Positions 11,895 through 21,471 of a stretch of DNA of 64,000 nucleotides are shown here, one piece after another. The stretch is from Gemmatimonadota bacterium. Its GTDB lineage: Bacteria; Gemmatimonadota; Gemmatimonadetes; Gemmatimonadales; GWC2-71-9. The notes under the pieces were generated by a model. That model was not told the DNA's origin. It was given only the letters and a program-made list of their open reading frames with translations, and searched no databases. Each line of letters opens with the position of its first letter. Position 1 is the first letter of the stretch. Made by a program: the position numbers and the translations under genes. Location of the stretch: contig JADFPO010000004.1 of assembly GCA_022562295.1 (NCBI GenBank), positions 639 through 64,638 on the forward strand. The letters run 5' to 3'.

Positions 11895-12837
11895 CCTCGC
11901 TAACGCCGGCGGGGGCGGGGGCGGGGGCGTCCGCCCCACCACCTGGCTGAACTGGGTGGCGCAGGCCCTCCTCGGAATTGTGGTCGTGTGGTTCTTGTGG
12001 GGGCGAGTTGCGCAGGATCTCGGCGAATTCCGATCGGTTGGACTTCAGCTCCAATTCCGTCCGGTCCCAATAGCCATGGCCGCAGTGGTAGTGTGGGTGA
12101 CGTATGGCCTTCTCATCGCGGCCTGGAGAGCGATCCTGGGCGGGTGGAACCAGCAGCTCAGCTTTCGATCGAGCGTGTGGATATGGTGCGTCTCCAATCT
12201 GGGGCGGTACCTGCCGGGAAAAATCTGGAGCATCGCCGGCCTAGCGGTCCTGGCCACTAGGGAAGGGGTGCAGGGGTGGTCGGCTGCGGGATCGGCCCTG
12301 GTGATGCAGGCCATGGCCATCGCTACCGGCGCGGCGGTCGCGTTCGCGTTCTTACCCCAGGCCGACTCTCCGTTGCCGCTGGTTGCGGGGTTCGCGATAG
12401 CCGCCATCAGCGTCGCCGCCCTGATGGCCAAACCTGTCGTCCGGCAGATTTCGCGCCTGGCCGGGAAAACCGTGGAGTTGGAGGCACTACCGCCACGCAC
12501 GATTCTGCTGGCGACCGGCGTTACCCTGGCGTCGTGGCTGATGTATGGAACGGCGTTTTGGCTGTTGGCTCGGGGAATTACGCCCGACGTCGTTCCGCCC
12601 CTCACACTTGCCGTGGGCTCGTTTGCTGCCGCGTACATTGTGGGGTTACTCGCAGTCTTTGCGCCTGGCGGTCTGATCGTGCGGGAGGGCGTCCTCATGG
12701 CCCTGCTGGCGCCGTCGGTGGGAACTGGACCAGCGCTAGCGCTGTCAATCGGATCCCGACTGCTGCTGACCGCCACCGAGGTGGTTGCGGCCCTAGTGGC
12801 CCTCATGATGAGAACCCGCGCCGGAGAAAGTGCGTGA
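11872..12837 (+). CDS. UPF0104 / lysylphosphatidylglycerol-synthase-TM-region family membrane protein (flippase-like)
   Basis: Polytopic hydrophobic protein. The probable start is ATG 11872 (the ORF track starts at 11785, inside the upstream gene). It contains a (GGGGGC)3-encoded Gly run. Confidence 0.6.
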   Translation: MPSDNRTNLANAGGGGGGGVRPTTWLNWVAQALLGIVVVWFLWGRVAQDLGEFRSVGLQLQFRPVPIAMAAVVVWVTYGLLIAAWRAILGGWNQQLSFRSSVWIWCVSNLGRYLPGKIWSIAGLAVLATREGVQGWSAAGSALVMQAMAIATGAAVAFAFLPQADSPLPLVAGFAIAAISVAALMAKPVVRQISRLAGKTVELEALPPRTILLATGVTLASWLMYGTAFWLLARGITPDVVPPLTLAVGSFAAAYIVGLLAVFAPGGLIVREGVLMALLAPSVGTGPALALSIGSRLLLTATEVVAALVALMMRTRAGESA

Positions 12838-15224
12838 ACGCAAGCGAACGGATCGAACCACGATACCCGACGTTGGCTGCCACCGGGTTCTTCTCACTGT
12901 GGATAGCGGTCCTCTCGCTTCCGATGTGGTCCGGCCGTTTCTTGGCCACTCCGTTCAGCGACCAGTACAAAGCCGGATACGGCTTCCGAGCCTGGGCGGC
13001 CGAACAGTGGAAGACCACCGGGCACGTGCCGCTCTGGAACCCGGAAATCTTTGGCGGCATGCCGTTCGTTGCCGGGATGCATGGCGACATCTTTTACCCG
13101 ACGGCCTGGCTGCGGCTGATTCTGCCGGTTGACGTGGCCATGAACCTCGGGTTCGCTGGGCACTATGTGCTTGCGGGCCTGTTCGCCTACCTGCTCCTTC
13201 GCCGTCTGCACATCGCGTGGGCCGGATCGGTGGTTGGAGGAGTCGCTTACCAACTCAGTGGCATCGTGGCTTCGTACGTCAACCCGGGCCACGACGGCAA
13301 ACTGTTTGTCACCGCGTTGTTTCCGCTCGCCCTGCTCGGATTGGTCATGGCGCTGCGGGATAAGAAATGGGAGGGGTACGCGGTCGTGTCACTGGCCGTG
13401 GGGTTGGGCTTCTTGAGCCCCCATCCCCAGCTGCTCTATTACATGTTGATCGCGTCGGGCATCTTCGCACTCTACCTCACGTTCGGCGAGCCGACCGACG
13501 AGGCCATCCAGCCACGCGTGTTGCGCCTGGGAGGCTCCCTTCTCGCCATTGTCGTGGCCTTCGGCATCGGTGCCATCCAAATGGTGCCGTTTTACTACTA
13601 CATCCCGTTCTCACCCCGATCCCAGTCTATCGGCGGTTGGGAGCGAGCCACTTCGTTCGCCATACCATGGGAGCACCTGCCGGAACTCCTGCTCGCCCAT
13701 TTCGTTGGCGAGGGAACGGTCCGTGGTGTGACGTACTGGGGAGGTAACGGGATCAAGTTCCACTCTGAATATGTCGGTTTGCCCGTCGTGGCCTTGGCGG
13801 TGCTGGGCATGGGCGGGGGCGGGCGGGCGCGGCTGAAGTGGTGGCTGGGTGGGATTGCGACCCTGTTCATGTTGGTGGCCTTGGGGGCAAGCACCCCCTT
13901 CTATCGAGTGTGGTACACCGTCATGCCGTTCATGGGGCAGGTGCGAGCCCCCGGCATGGCGTTCTACATCGTGGCCCTGATCGTGGCGGTCTTTGCGGCG
14001 ATGGGCGCGGATCGCATTTTGAACGGAGAAGGGAAGAGCCACGTCCAAGTCTGGTTGGGATTGGCGGTGGGTCTTGTGGTCCTGGCCGCTCTCGGAGGCG
14101 TCGGGGGGTTGGCCCGCTCCCTTGCAACGTTCGTGGAGGCGAGGCTGCAGGTACCCCGAGTCGAGAACGCCATGGCGGCCAGCTCCGCGATCCAGGCCGG
14201 CGCGCTGGCGAGCGGCGTGGCGTTGGCCGCTGCCGCCGGGATCTCGTGGGGCTACATGAAACACCAGTTGCGAGCCCGGCACGCGGCGCTCTTGCTCATT
14301 GGAGTGATCGGGACCGACCTCTGGTGGAACGCACGCACCTTCTGGAACTATTCCGACGCCCCGGATGTCCTGTTTGGCGGGGACGAAATCACCGATTTCT
14401 TGGGCGCGCAGGAACTCCCGTTCCGGGTCTTGAACCTTCAGGCGTATCCAGCGAACAACCTGCAGGGCACCGTTCTGATGGCATACGGCATTCCCGAGCT
14501 GCTCGGCCACCACGGCAACGAGCTGCATGCTTTCGACGAGTTAATGGGGGGGCAGGATGCCTGGAGGAATCTACCGTTTTACGGCGGTAGTGATATCAGG
14601 TTGCTGGATCTCTACAGCACACGCTACATCATCGCCCCAAGCAGGCTCGGGTTGGACTCAATCCCAGGATTCCGGCGAGCGCTTTCGAACGTTGCCGCGG
14701 CGAGTGGGATCCAGGCCCACCTCTTCGAGAGGGAGTGGAAGGCACCCTATGTCAGGCTCATACCGGCCGCGCTGAAGCTGCCGGAGGATCAGGTGATTCA
14801 AACCGTGCTCGACCCGCTGTTCCCACTCGGGCGGTTGGTGGCCCTGGACTCGGCAGCCGATATCGATGTGCCGACACCCACGGCTATCCCAGACAGCTTG
14901 GAAGCTTCGATCCGAGTAGTGGAGTGGGAGCCCGGACACATGCGGTTTGAAATATCGCCGCCGGCTCCCGAACGAGCGTTCGCCTTGGTGAGTGAAAATT
15001 GGTACGTGGACTGGCGCGCGACGGTTGACGGCCAACCGGTGACCCCGCTACGTGGTGACGGGGCGCTCATTACCGTGCCGCTACCGGCCGGAGCCCGTGA
15101 GGTCGAGCTGACGTTCGAAAGTGACGCCTACCAAACGGGGAAGGCGATCATGATCGTTTGCTCCCTGCTTGTGGTGAGCGGTTTCGTTGGCCCCATCGTC
15201 GCCCGGAGAAAGCGCGTTGTCTGA
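12834..15224 (+). CDS. Large polytopic membrane protein, YfhO/GT-C-like glycosyltransferase
   Basis: The probable start is GTG 12834 (GTGA overlap with the upstream stop). The first 186 codons of track ORF 12276.. are Arg-rich overlap junk. It has more than 10 TM segments plus a C-terminal soluble domain. The family call is tentative. Confidence 0.5.
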   Translation: MNASERIEPRYPTLAATGFFSLWIAVLSLPMWSGRFLATPFSDQYKAGYGFRAWAAEQWKTTGHVPLWNPEIFGGMPFVAGMHGDIFYPTAWLRLILPVDVAMNLGFAGHYVLAGLFAYLLLRRLHIAWAGSVVGGVAYQLSGIVASYVNPGHDGKLFVTALFPLALLGLVMALRDKKWEGYAVVSLAVGLGFLSPHPQLLYYMLIASGIFALYLTFGEPTDEAIQPRVLRLGGSLLAIVVAFGIGAIQMVPFYYYIPFSPRSQSIGGWERATSFAIPWEHLPELLLAHFVGEGTVRGVTYWGGNGIKFHSEYVGLPVVALAVLGMGGGGRARLKWWLGGIATLFMLVALGASTPFYRVWYTVMPFMGQVRAPGMAFYIVALIVAVFAAMGADRILNGEGKSHVQVWLGLAVGLVVLAALGGVGGLARSLATFVEARLQVPRVENAMAASSAIQAGALASGVALAAAAGISWGYMKHQLRARHAALLLIGVIGTDLWWNARTFWNYSDAPDVLFGGDEITDFLGAQELPFRVLNLQAYPANNLQGTVLMAYGIPELLGHHGNELHAFDELMGGQDAWRNLPFYGGSDIRLLDLYSTRYIIAPSRLGLDSIPGFRRALSNVAAASGIQAHLFEREWKAPYVRLIPAALKLPEDQVIQTVLDPLFPLGRLVALDSAADIDVPTPTAIPDSLEASIRVVEWEPGHMRFEISPPAPERAFALVSENWYVDWRATVDGQPVTPLRGDGALITVPLPAGAREVELTFESDAYQTGKAIMIVCSLLVVSGFVGPIVARRKRVV

Positions 15225-15939
15225 CCGAGCCCTCGTCATTGTCCCCACCTACAACGAAGCCTCCAACATCCCACAGTTGATCCCGCAGATCCTGGGGCAG
15301 GACGACCGGCTGGACGTGCTGATCGTGGATGATGGCTCACCCGACGGAACCGGCAAGATCGCCGCCCAAATGGCAGGCGAGCATAGCCGGATTCACGTAA
15401 TGCAGCGCGAGAAGAAACTGGGGCTCGGCACCGCCTACGTTGCGGGGTTTCGCTGGGCTCTGGAACGCGATTACGCGTTTGTGTTCGAGATGGACGCCGA
15501 TTTTTCGCACGATCCCAAGCACCTGCCGGAATTCCTGGCTGCGATTGCCGACGCCGATGTCGTTCTGGGATCTCGCTACCTCGGGGGTAGGGTTAACGTC
15601 GTAAACTGGCCCATCGGACGCCTGATCATGAGCTACGGGGCAAACATCTATGCCAGGCTCGTGACCGGAGTGAAGCTGGCCGATGCTACGAGTGGATTTC
15701 GATGCTACCGGCGTCAGGTTCTCGAAACCATCGATTTGGACGATATTCGATCGAACGGATATGCATTTCAGATCGAGATGAGCTTCCGATCTTCCCGAAA
15801 GGGCTTTCGAATCAAGGAGATTCCCATCGTTTTCGTGGATCGAGTGGACGGAACCAGCAAGATGTCGGCTGCGATAGCCCGCGAGGCGGTGTGGATGGTC
15901 TGGAGACTGAGATTTCGCGCCATGCTGGGGAAGCTGTGA
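15187..15939 (+). CDS. Polyprenol/dolichol-phosphate mannosyltransferase-like GT2 (soluble form)
   Basis: VIVPTYNEASNI, IVDDGSPDGTG and FEMDADFSHDP motifs. The start is uncertain (TTG 15187 or TTG 15217). Confidence 0.8.
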   Translation: MAPSSPGESALSDRALVIVPTYNEASNIPQLIPQILGQDDRLDVLIVDDGSPDGTGKIAAQMAGEHSRIHVMQREKKLGLGTAYVAGFRWALERDYAFVFEMDADFSHDPKHLPEFLAAIADADVVLGSRYLGGRVNVVNWPIGRLIMSYGANIYARLVTGVKLADATSGFRCYRRQVLETIDLDDIRSNGYAFQIEMSFRSSRKGFRIKEIPIVFVDRVDGTSKMSAAIAREAVWMVWRLRFRAMLGKL

Positions 15940-16766
15940 GCGGTCGAGTCGTTTACAAAATGACGGGCTCGGGAAATGACTTCGTCATGATCGACGGCCG
16001 AACGAGCCCGGTGGACCAGTGGGATGCCGAGCAGATCAGGACAATTTGCGGGCGCCGAACCGGGCTCGGTGCAGACGGACTGGCGATCCTCGAGCCGGGA
16101 TCCGGGCCGGGAGCCGTGCGATTCCATTTCTTCAACAATGACGGGAATCGGACTGAGATGTGCGGCAACGCCTCGCTATGCGCGACTCGTCTTGCAGCGA
16201 GGCTCGAGTTGGCCGACCCGGACGGAATGACGTTGGAAACAGACGTGGGGCCGGTGCGTGCCCGAGTCCTCGCAGGCCCCGGAGAACGGGCCGAAATCGT
16301 GCTACCGGACGTCCGAAACGGTCAGACCCCGGACATCCCGTTGGCTGCCGGAGAGCGCTCGGTGCACCTGGTGATGGTGGGAGTCCCTCATCTGGTAGTC
16401 GAGGTCGACTGTGTGGGATCCCCAGAACTCGATATTCTGACGAGGGGCAGGGAGCTTCGCTGGCACCCCGCGCTCCTCAATGGCGGCGCAAACGTCAATT
16501 TCACCAGCGCTGAAGGCGGAAAGTGGAAGATGCGGTCCTACGAGCGCGGCGTCGAAGGCGAGACTCTCGCATGTGGTACGGGTGCCGTGGCCGTCGCTGC
16601 CACCCTGGCACGTGCGGGCTTGGTGGAACTGCCATGGACGGTCGAAACCGCCTCTGGAAAGATGCTAGAGGTGTCAGCCCAGTCTGCGGCTGATGCGGAT
16701 CTGCTGCTCGCCGCACCACGCCTGGCTGGCGAGGCCCGCATAGTCTACCGGGCCGTGCTGGAGTGA
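15936..16766 (+). CDS. dapF: Diaminopimelate epimerase
   Basis: KMTGSGNDFVMIDGR, with catalytic Cys motifs MCGNASLC and LACGTGAVAVA. GTG 15936 overlaps the upstream stop. The track ORF begins earlier, at 15702. Confidence 0.85.
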   Translation: MSGRVVYKMTGSGNDFVMIDGRTSPVDQWDAEQIRTICGRRTGLGADGLAILEPGSGPGAVRFHFFNNDGNRTEMCGNASLCATRLAARLELADPDGMTLETDVGPVRARVLAGPGERAEIVLPDVRNGQTPDIPLAAGERSVHLVMVGVPHLVVEVDCVGSPELDILTRGRELRWHPALLNGGANVNFTSAEGGKWKMRSYERGVEGETLACGTGAVAVAATLARAGLVELPWTVETASGKMLEVSAQSAADADLLLAAPRLAGEARIVYRAVLE

Positions 16767-17001
16767 TTGCGGGTCCTGGCACCTGGCGAACATCACTTTT
16801 GCACACCAACCCGCCACGAGCCTTCAAAACCCCAGAAAATTAAGGAAGTTCTTTCCAGTCGCTCGAGTTCTCCACACGGAAGGTGCCTCTAGCTTGACAT
16901 AACATATCTTATACGCTGTAACGGTACCTCACACACAACCGCTGGCACGCCCTCCGCCAACTCCTGACCAGCTCACTCTTTAACGCAATGGGAGTCCTTA
17001 C

Positions 17002-17655
17002 TCACCCCGAACCACGGCGTAGCTCGGCCAAACGGAAGGTGGCCTCGCCGACCGTCGTCGCGTCTTGATCCTCTTCGATGATCGTCTCGTAGGCTGCGGC
17101 CGCGCGGCCAGTGTCTCCGGCGAGCGCCGCTGCTCGAGCGCCCTCCATCAAGTACATGCTGCGGATCAAATCGTACCCCACGCCCTCGGCCGCTTGGTCG
17201 TACGCGTCGGCCGCCTCGGCAAACCTACCGAGTTCCTCGAGTGCATTCCCCAACAACCCGGCCACCGGACCTTCCAGATACGGCTCCGGTCCGCGCAACA
17301 TCAAATCGCGCAATTCACTCACCGCGAGTTCGGGCTGCGACTGTTGGAGGTGCACGTTGGCCAATAGGATGACGGCTTCCTGGCCGGGTCCCGTTTTCGG
17401 GTACAAGTTGATGATGCGTCCGAGATCGCTCGCGGCGAGCTGCAGGTTGCCCGATTGCGCCGCGACGCGTGCCTGGCTCAACTCACCTTCGGCAAACGTT
17501 TCCTGCCTGATGCGCGCCGATCGGGTAAACCACGCTCCTCCCCCTATGAGAAATACGATCGAGCCACCGATCGTTATCCGTCGCCGGTTCTCTGCCCACC
17601 ATTGGATCGCGCGGTCTCCCGCATCCGATCCGACCGAGTGTCCCGTTGTGCTCAC
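17002..17655 (-). CDS. Membrane-anchored tetratricopeptide-repeat protein (YfgM-like)
   Basis: One N-terminal TM helix (ITIGGSIVFLIGGGAWF) followed by TPR-like Ala/Leu-rich repeats. Confidence 0.55.
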   Translation of the reverse strand: MSTTGHSVGSDAGDRAIQWWAENRRRITIGGSIVFLIGGGAWFTRSARIRQETFAEGELSQARVAAQSGNLQLAASDLGRIINLYPKTGPGQEAVILLANVHLQQSQPELAVSELRDLMLRGPEPYLEGPVAGLLGNALEELGRFAEAADAYDQAAEGVGYDLIRSMYLMEGARAAALAGDTGRAAAAYETIIEEDQDATTVGEATFRLAELRRGSG

Positions 17656-17705
17656 GTCAATCCAACTCTGCCAAGTGGTCTATCGCGTGCGCAGGAGGCC
17701 GCCCA

Positions 17706-17779
17706 TGCCCCCGGCGTGACTCGAACACGCGACCTACGGTTTAGGAAACCGGCGCTCTATCCAACTGAGCTACAGGGGC
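17706..17779 (-). tRNA. tRNA-Arg (anticodon CCT)
   Basis: A 74-nt cloverleaf was folded by hand: GCCCCTG/CGGGGGC acceptor, GCTC..GAGC D-arm, TTCCTAA anticodon loop, GCGTG-TTCGAGT-CACGC T-arm, discriminator A. Confidence 0.85.
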
Positions 17780-17837
17780 GTTTTGAGCCGTTGATAATAA
17801 CCACACCCATCGCCATGTCCAACGGGTTCGGGTCCAG

Positions 17838-18425
17838 TCAGGAGTAAGACAACAATGCGCGGACATCGACATCTGGAAGCTTCTGGCGTCCGCTGAGAAA
17901 CTGGAGTTCGAGGAGGAATCCCATTCCGACCAGCTTGCCACCCGCCTGTGCGACTAATCTTCCCGCAGCCTGAGCCGTCCCCCCCGTGGCCAACACGTCG
18001 TCAACGACTACGACCCGCTCCCCGGCCGAAATCGAGTCGGCATGTACCTCGATCACGTCGGTTCCGTACTCCAAGGCGTACTCGACACGATGGCGCTTCC
18101 AGGGGAGCTTTCCGCCCTTCCGGGCTAGAGCCAAACCGACTCCCAAGCGCAGTGCAACCGGCGCACCAAGAATAAACCCTCGGGAGTCGATAGCCAGAAT
18201 TTTTTCCACATTGCAGTCGCGAAATTCCTCAGCCATGCGTTCGATGACCCCTTCGAGCAAATCTGGTCGCAACAAGAGCGGCGTGATGTCCTTGAACACG
18301 ATCCCGGGCTCGGGGAAATCCGGGACATCCCGAATCGCAGCTGAAGCTTTTTCTAGGAAACTTATCGACACTAACTCAACTCCATATCTATCTGATTTCA
18401 AATGAGTTAAGTCCATCAACCTCAT
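17838..18425 (-). CDS. apt: Adenine phosphoribosyltransferase
   Basis: PRPP motif VVVVDDVLATGGTA, and DFPEPGIVFKDITPLL. The start may be a few codons downstream of 18425. Confidence 0.85.
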   Translation of the reverse strand: MRLMDLTHLKSDRYGVELVSISFLEKASAAIRDVPDFPEPGIVFKDITPLLLRPDLLEGVIERMAEEFRDCNVEKILAIDSRGFILGAPVALRLGVGLALARKGGKLPWKRHRVEYALEYGTDVIEVHADSISAGERVVVVDDVLATGGTAQAAGRLVAQAGGKLVGMGFLLELQFLSGRQKLPDVDVRALLSYS

Positions 18426-18678
18426 GCGTTATATCGGTTTTTTCCACGTTTTGCACATGGCTCAATCGGGGACCATCGCGAAGTTTTCCATCCAAAATAC
18501 TGAGCACCTCTGGGTTTCCTTGGCCGACAACGTCGACGCGCCCATCAGGGAGGTTTCGTACCCACCCCAGCACGCCGAGTTGGCGGGCCGCGCTGAGGAC
18601 GAACCATCGAAACGCGACTCCCTGCACGCGGCCAGATACGAGCCATCGATAGGTGGCTCGAGAAACGTCACTGTTCAC
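18388..18678 (-). CDS. acyP: Acylphosphatase
   Basis: VSGRVQGVAFRW and GWVRNLPDGRVDV motifs. 96 aa. Confidence 0.8.
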   Translation of the reverse strand: MNSDVSRATYRWLVSGRVQGVAFRWFVLSAARQLGVLGWVRNLPDGRVDVVGQGNPEVLSILDGKLRDGPRLSHVQNVEKTDITHEVDGLNSFEIR

Positions 18679-19708
18679 GATGCGAGGCCTCAGGCGGCCG
18701 CCGGCCCCGTTCGCGGGATCCGCCGATCCGATCGATCAACACGGTAACGCCCAACCCAACTCCGACCAGCATGAGGGCCGTGAACGCCTGTCCCACCCCG
18801 GGATCAAAGAACCGGACCGGCCAGTCCTCCTGAGCGAGGCGGGCCACATCGTCGGCGGCCAGCATGACACCATCCACCACGTTGCCCGGATCCGGCCGGA
18901 CGCCTTGCTGGAACGGCCACAGGCCCACTACCGCCCCGACCACTAGCCCGAGGAGGACCCCGAGCGTCGGCGCCTCGAAACGGCGAAGCAGCCAACGCAG
19001 GAGGTTGCTCGCGAGCACCACCCCACCCACGACACCGATGCCGACAGGAGCCAGTACCTTGACGGCCGGCATCACCAGGCCCATGTCGGATGCGACTCCG
19101 GCAACCGGGTTGCCGAGGAGGCCCAATTTGAGCTGATCAACCGCACCCAGAATGGGCTCATACTGACCCAGGAGCAGCAACAGGTATCCGCCGCTAATCC
19201 CGGGCAGGATCATCGCGGACGCCCCACCCAACCCCGCCGCGGCAAGGAGCACATAGTTTGGCTCACCTCCAAACCGCGAAGGTTGGATTCCGGCAACCAT
19301 TAGGAGCATCACGCCCAGACCGGCAGCGGCCCCAACGAAGAGCGCCGAACTCGGGCGTCCAGCGAGCCGCCAGATAAGGGGTACTCCCCCCAACGTGAGA
19401 CCCACGAACAGGCTGTACATCACCCAGCGGTGGTCTACCACCAACCCCTTGACGATCCCGGCCAGCAGGAGAATCGCCAGCGCGGCCGCTCCCACGACGC
19501 TTCCAAGCAGTATCCCCGCCCGGCGGCTGAACCGAAGAGTCGTCAAATCGGCTACAGCCGCGATAACGTCGGGGTAGACACCCGCGGCAAGCAGCATCGT
19601 GCCCCCACTGATTCCCGGAACGAGCATGGCCAGTCCCATCAGGACGCCGGCAAACACCCCTCTCAGGGCAACAGGCTTGCCGACTCCCGGGTCTTCCGAG
19701 ATCAACAT
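18668..19708 (-). CDS. DUF368-family polytopic membrane protein
   Basis: Two repeated halves, each with a PGISGG(T/Y) motif. Strongly hydrophobic. Confidence 0.7.
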   Translation of the reverse strand: MLISEDPGVGKPVALRGVFAGVLMGLAMLVPGISGGTMLLAAGVYPDVIAAVADLTTLRFSRRAGILLGSVVGAAALAILLLAGIVKGLVVDHRWVMYSLFVGLTLGGVPLIWRLAGRPSSALFVGAAAGLGVMLLMVAGIQPSRFGGEPNYVLLAAAGLGGASAMILPGISGGYLLLLLGQYEPILGAVDQLKLGLLGNPVAGVASDMGLVMPAVKVLAPVGIGVVGGVVLASNLLRWLLRRFEAPTLGVLLGLVVGAVVGLWPFQQGVRPDPGNVVDGVMLAADDVARLAQEDWPVRFFDPGVGQAFTALMLVGVGLGVTVLIDRIGGSRERGRRPPEASHREQ

Positions 19709-20376
19709 CAGCTATTTTCGTCTTCGAATCCGTGCTTGCCGAGGAGCGGAACGAACTGAACGTGGCCCATGCTCTGCTCCACAAGACCATCCCCGGTCCG
19801 CGTGAACTTGACGAGTTCCTGCCCTGAATCACGACAAATCGGCATGACGAGGCGTCCGCCGTCAGCGAGTTGCTCGATGAGCGGCTTGGGCGGAGACGCC
19901 CCCGCCGCCGAGACTATGATCGCGTCAAACGGGGCCAATGACCGCCTGCCAAGCGTACCGTCTCCAACCAGTACTGTCACATTGACACACCCCGCTTCCT
20001 GCAGGGCGCTCCTGGCCAGGTCGGCCAGTGCCGCGATTCGCTCGATCGATATCACTTGATCCGCAAGCCGGCTGAGCAGCGCCGTTTGATAGCCCGACCC
20101 CGTACCCACTTCCAGCACGCGTTCCCTGCCCTGCAGCCCGACGGCTTCGAGGTTCCGGGCGTGGGTCGACGGATGTGAAATAGTCTGGTGCTTGCCGATC
20201 GGAAGGGCCGCGTTCTCGTAGGCCCGATTGCGGAGTGCCTCCGGTACGAACAGGTGCCTGGGGGTTTGAGCCACGGCGGCCAGCACCGCCATATCTCGGA
20301 TCCCTAAGTCGCGTAACTCCTCGACGAGGCGGGCTCGGTACCCTCCGTAGCTGTCACCTACCCGCAAAGGTTCCAT
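19708..20376 (-). CDS. pcm: Protein-L-isoaspartate O-methyltransferase
   Basis: SAM motif VLEVGTGSGYQTALLS, and ISHPSTHA. The likely start is ATG 20376 (the track ORF extends to 20529 across surE). Confidence 0.85.
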   Translation of the reverse strand: MEPLRVGDSYGGYRARLVEELRDLGIRDMAVLAAVAQTPRHLFVPEALRNRAYENAALPIGKHQTISHPSTHARNLEAVGLQGRERVLEVGTGSGYQTALLSRLADQVISIERIAALADLARSALQEAGCVNVTVLVGDGTLGRRSLAPFDAIIVSAAGASPPKPLIEQLADGGRLVMPICRDSGQELVKFTRTGDGLVEQSMGHVQFVPLLGKHGFEDENS

Positions 20377-21107
20377 GAGCGAACCAATTCCAGGTGATCG
20401 TACTGAGTAAGATCGACGTGCAGTGGCGTGATCGAAACGAACCCATTGGCCACGGCGCGGAAATCTGAATCCTCGTCTCCCGACCAACTGCTCTTCCCCC
20501 CACCGATCCAGTAGATGTCGCGGCCCCAAGGATCTTTCATGCGGGTGATGGAATCCGAGTAGACGCGCCGCCCGAGCTTCGTCACGCGAATCCCTCGAAT
20601 CTCGTTTCCGGGCACCGGGGGAAGATTCACGTTGAGGAGGGTCTCCGGCGGAAAGTTGTCAACTTGGACTATTGAGGCCACCAACCCCCGAATCCAGTCC
20701 AACTGGGTCTCGATCAGCTCGATCCGTCTTCCAGCGAACGAGATCGCCACACCGGGAATTCCCGCTGAGATCGCCTCCATCGCGACCGCTACCGTGCCGG
20801 AGTAGAGTACGTCCTCTCCCATGTTGGTGCCGTGATTGATCCCCGCGAAGACAAAACTCGGACGCGTCTCGAGGATCGTCTCCAGCGCCAACACCACGCA
20901 ATCCGTAGGTGTACCGTCCACCTGCCACCGACCATCGTTTCGCTTGATGGGTCGCAGGGGACGAAACATGGTGAGGGAATGGCTGGCCGCACTCTGCTCG
21001 CGGTCGGGGGCAACTACGGTGACCTCACCCACTCCTTTGCATGCAGTTTCCAGGACATCAATGCCGAGGGCGGCGACGCCGTCGTCGTTACTGACGAGGA
21101 TTTGCAA
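20358..21107 (-). CDS. surE: 5'/3'-nucleotidase SurE
   Basis: (M)QILVSNDDGV and GINHGTNMGEDVLYSGTV. The TTG 21107 start avoids overlap with the upstream MerR gene. The maximal ORF runs to 21158. Confidence 0.9.
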   Translation of the reverse strand: MQILVSNDDGVAALGIDVLETACKGVGEVTVVAPDREQSAASHSLTMFRPLRPIKRNDGRWQVDGTPTDCVVLALETILETRPSFVFAGINHGTNMGEDVLYSGTVAVAMEAISAGIPGVAISFAGRRIELIETQLDWIRGLVASIVQVDNFPPETLLNVNLPPVPGNEIRGIRVTKLGRRVYSDSITRMKDPWGRDIYWIGGGKSSWSGDEDSDFRAVANGFVSITPLHVDLTQYDHLELVRSWNLCG

Positions 21108-21471
21108 CGGGGCCTTTTCCGTCAAGGACGTCCAGAATGGCCCTGAGCTCTCCAGCAAGATCGTCGATGATCTCGTGCTCGAGCGCGCTGCGTGCGTTGG
21201 TCTTCAGCTCGCCGGTCTTCCGGTATTCCGCGATGCGCTTGCGGGCTCCTTCGATGGTGAATTTTTCCGTGTACAGGAGGTGCTTTACCTGCATGATCAA
21301 CTCGATCTCACGGCGCTGATATACGCGGTTGCCCGAGCGGTTCTTGGCCGGGTGCAAGAACCGAAACTGACTTTCCCAATAGCGCAGCACGTGCGGTTTG
21401 AGGCCGGTGAGCTGGCAAACGTCACCGATCGAAAAGAATTCCTGGAGCGGGCGCGACGCTGTCATCGCCAC
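21088..21471 (-). CDS. MerR-family transcriptional regulator
   Basis: N-terminal HTH FSIGDVCQLTGLKPHVLRYWESQF ... RSGNRVYQRREIE. Confidence 0.75.
   Translation of the reverse strand: MAMTASRPLQEFFSIGDVCQLTGLKPHVLRYWESQFRFLHPAKNRSGNRVYQRREIELIMQVKHLLYTEKFTIEGARKRIAEYRKTGELKTNARSALEHEIIDDLAGELRAILDVLDGKGPVANPRQ

Noticed and set aside
11908-11930. (GGGGGC)3 tandem hexamer, which looked like a short repeat array
   Set aside because: It has only three units, lies inside a coding region (encoding a Gly run), and has no spacers. It is not a CRISPR array or a VNTR of note.
12276-12833. N-terminal 186 codons of the 982-aa track ORF
   Set aside because: This Arg/Gly-rich stretch overlaps the UPF0104 gene in another frame. 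A GTG at 12834 overlaps the upstream stop and is followed at once by genuine TM segments.
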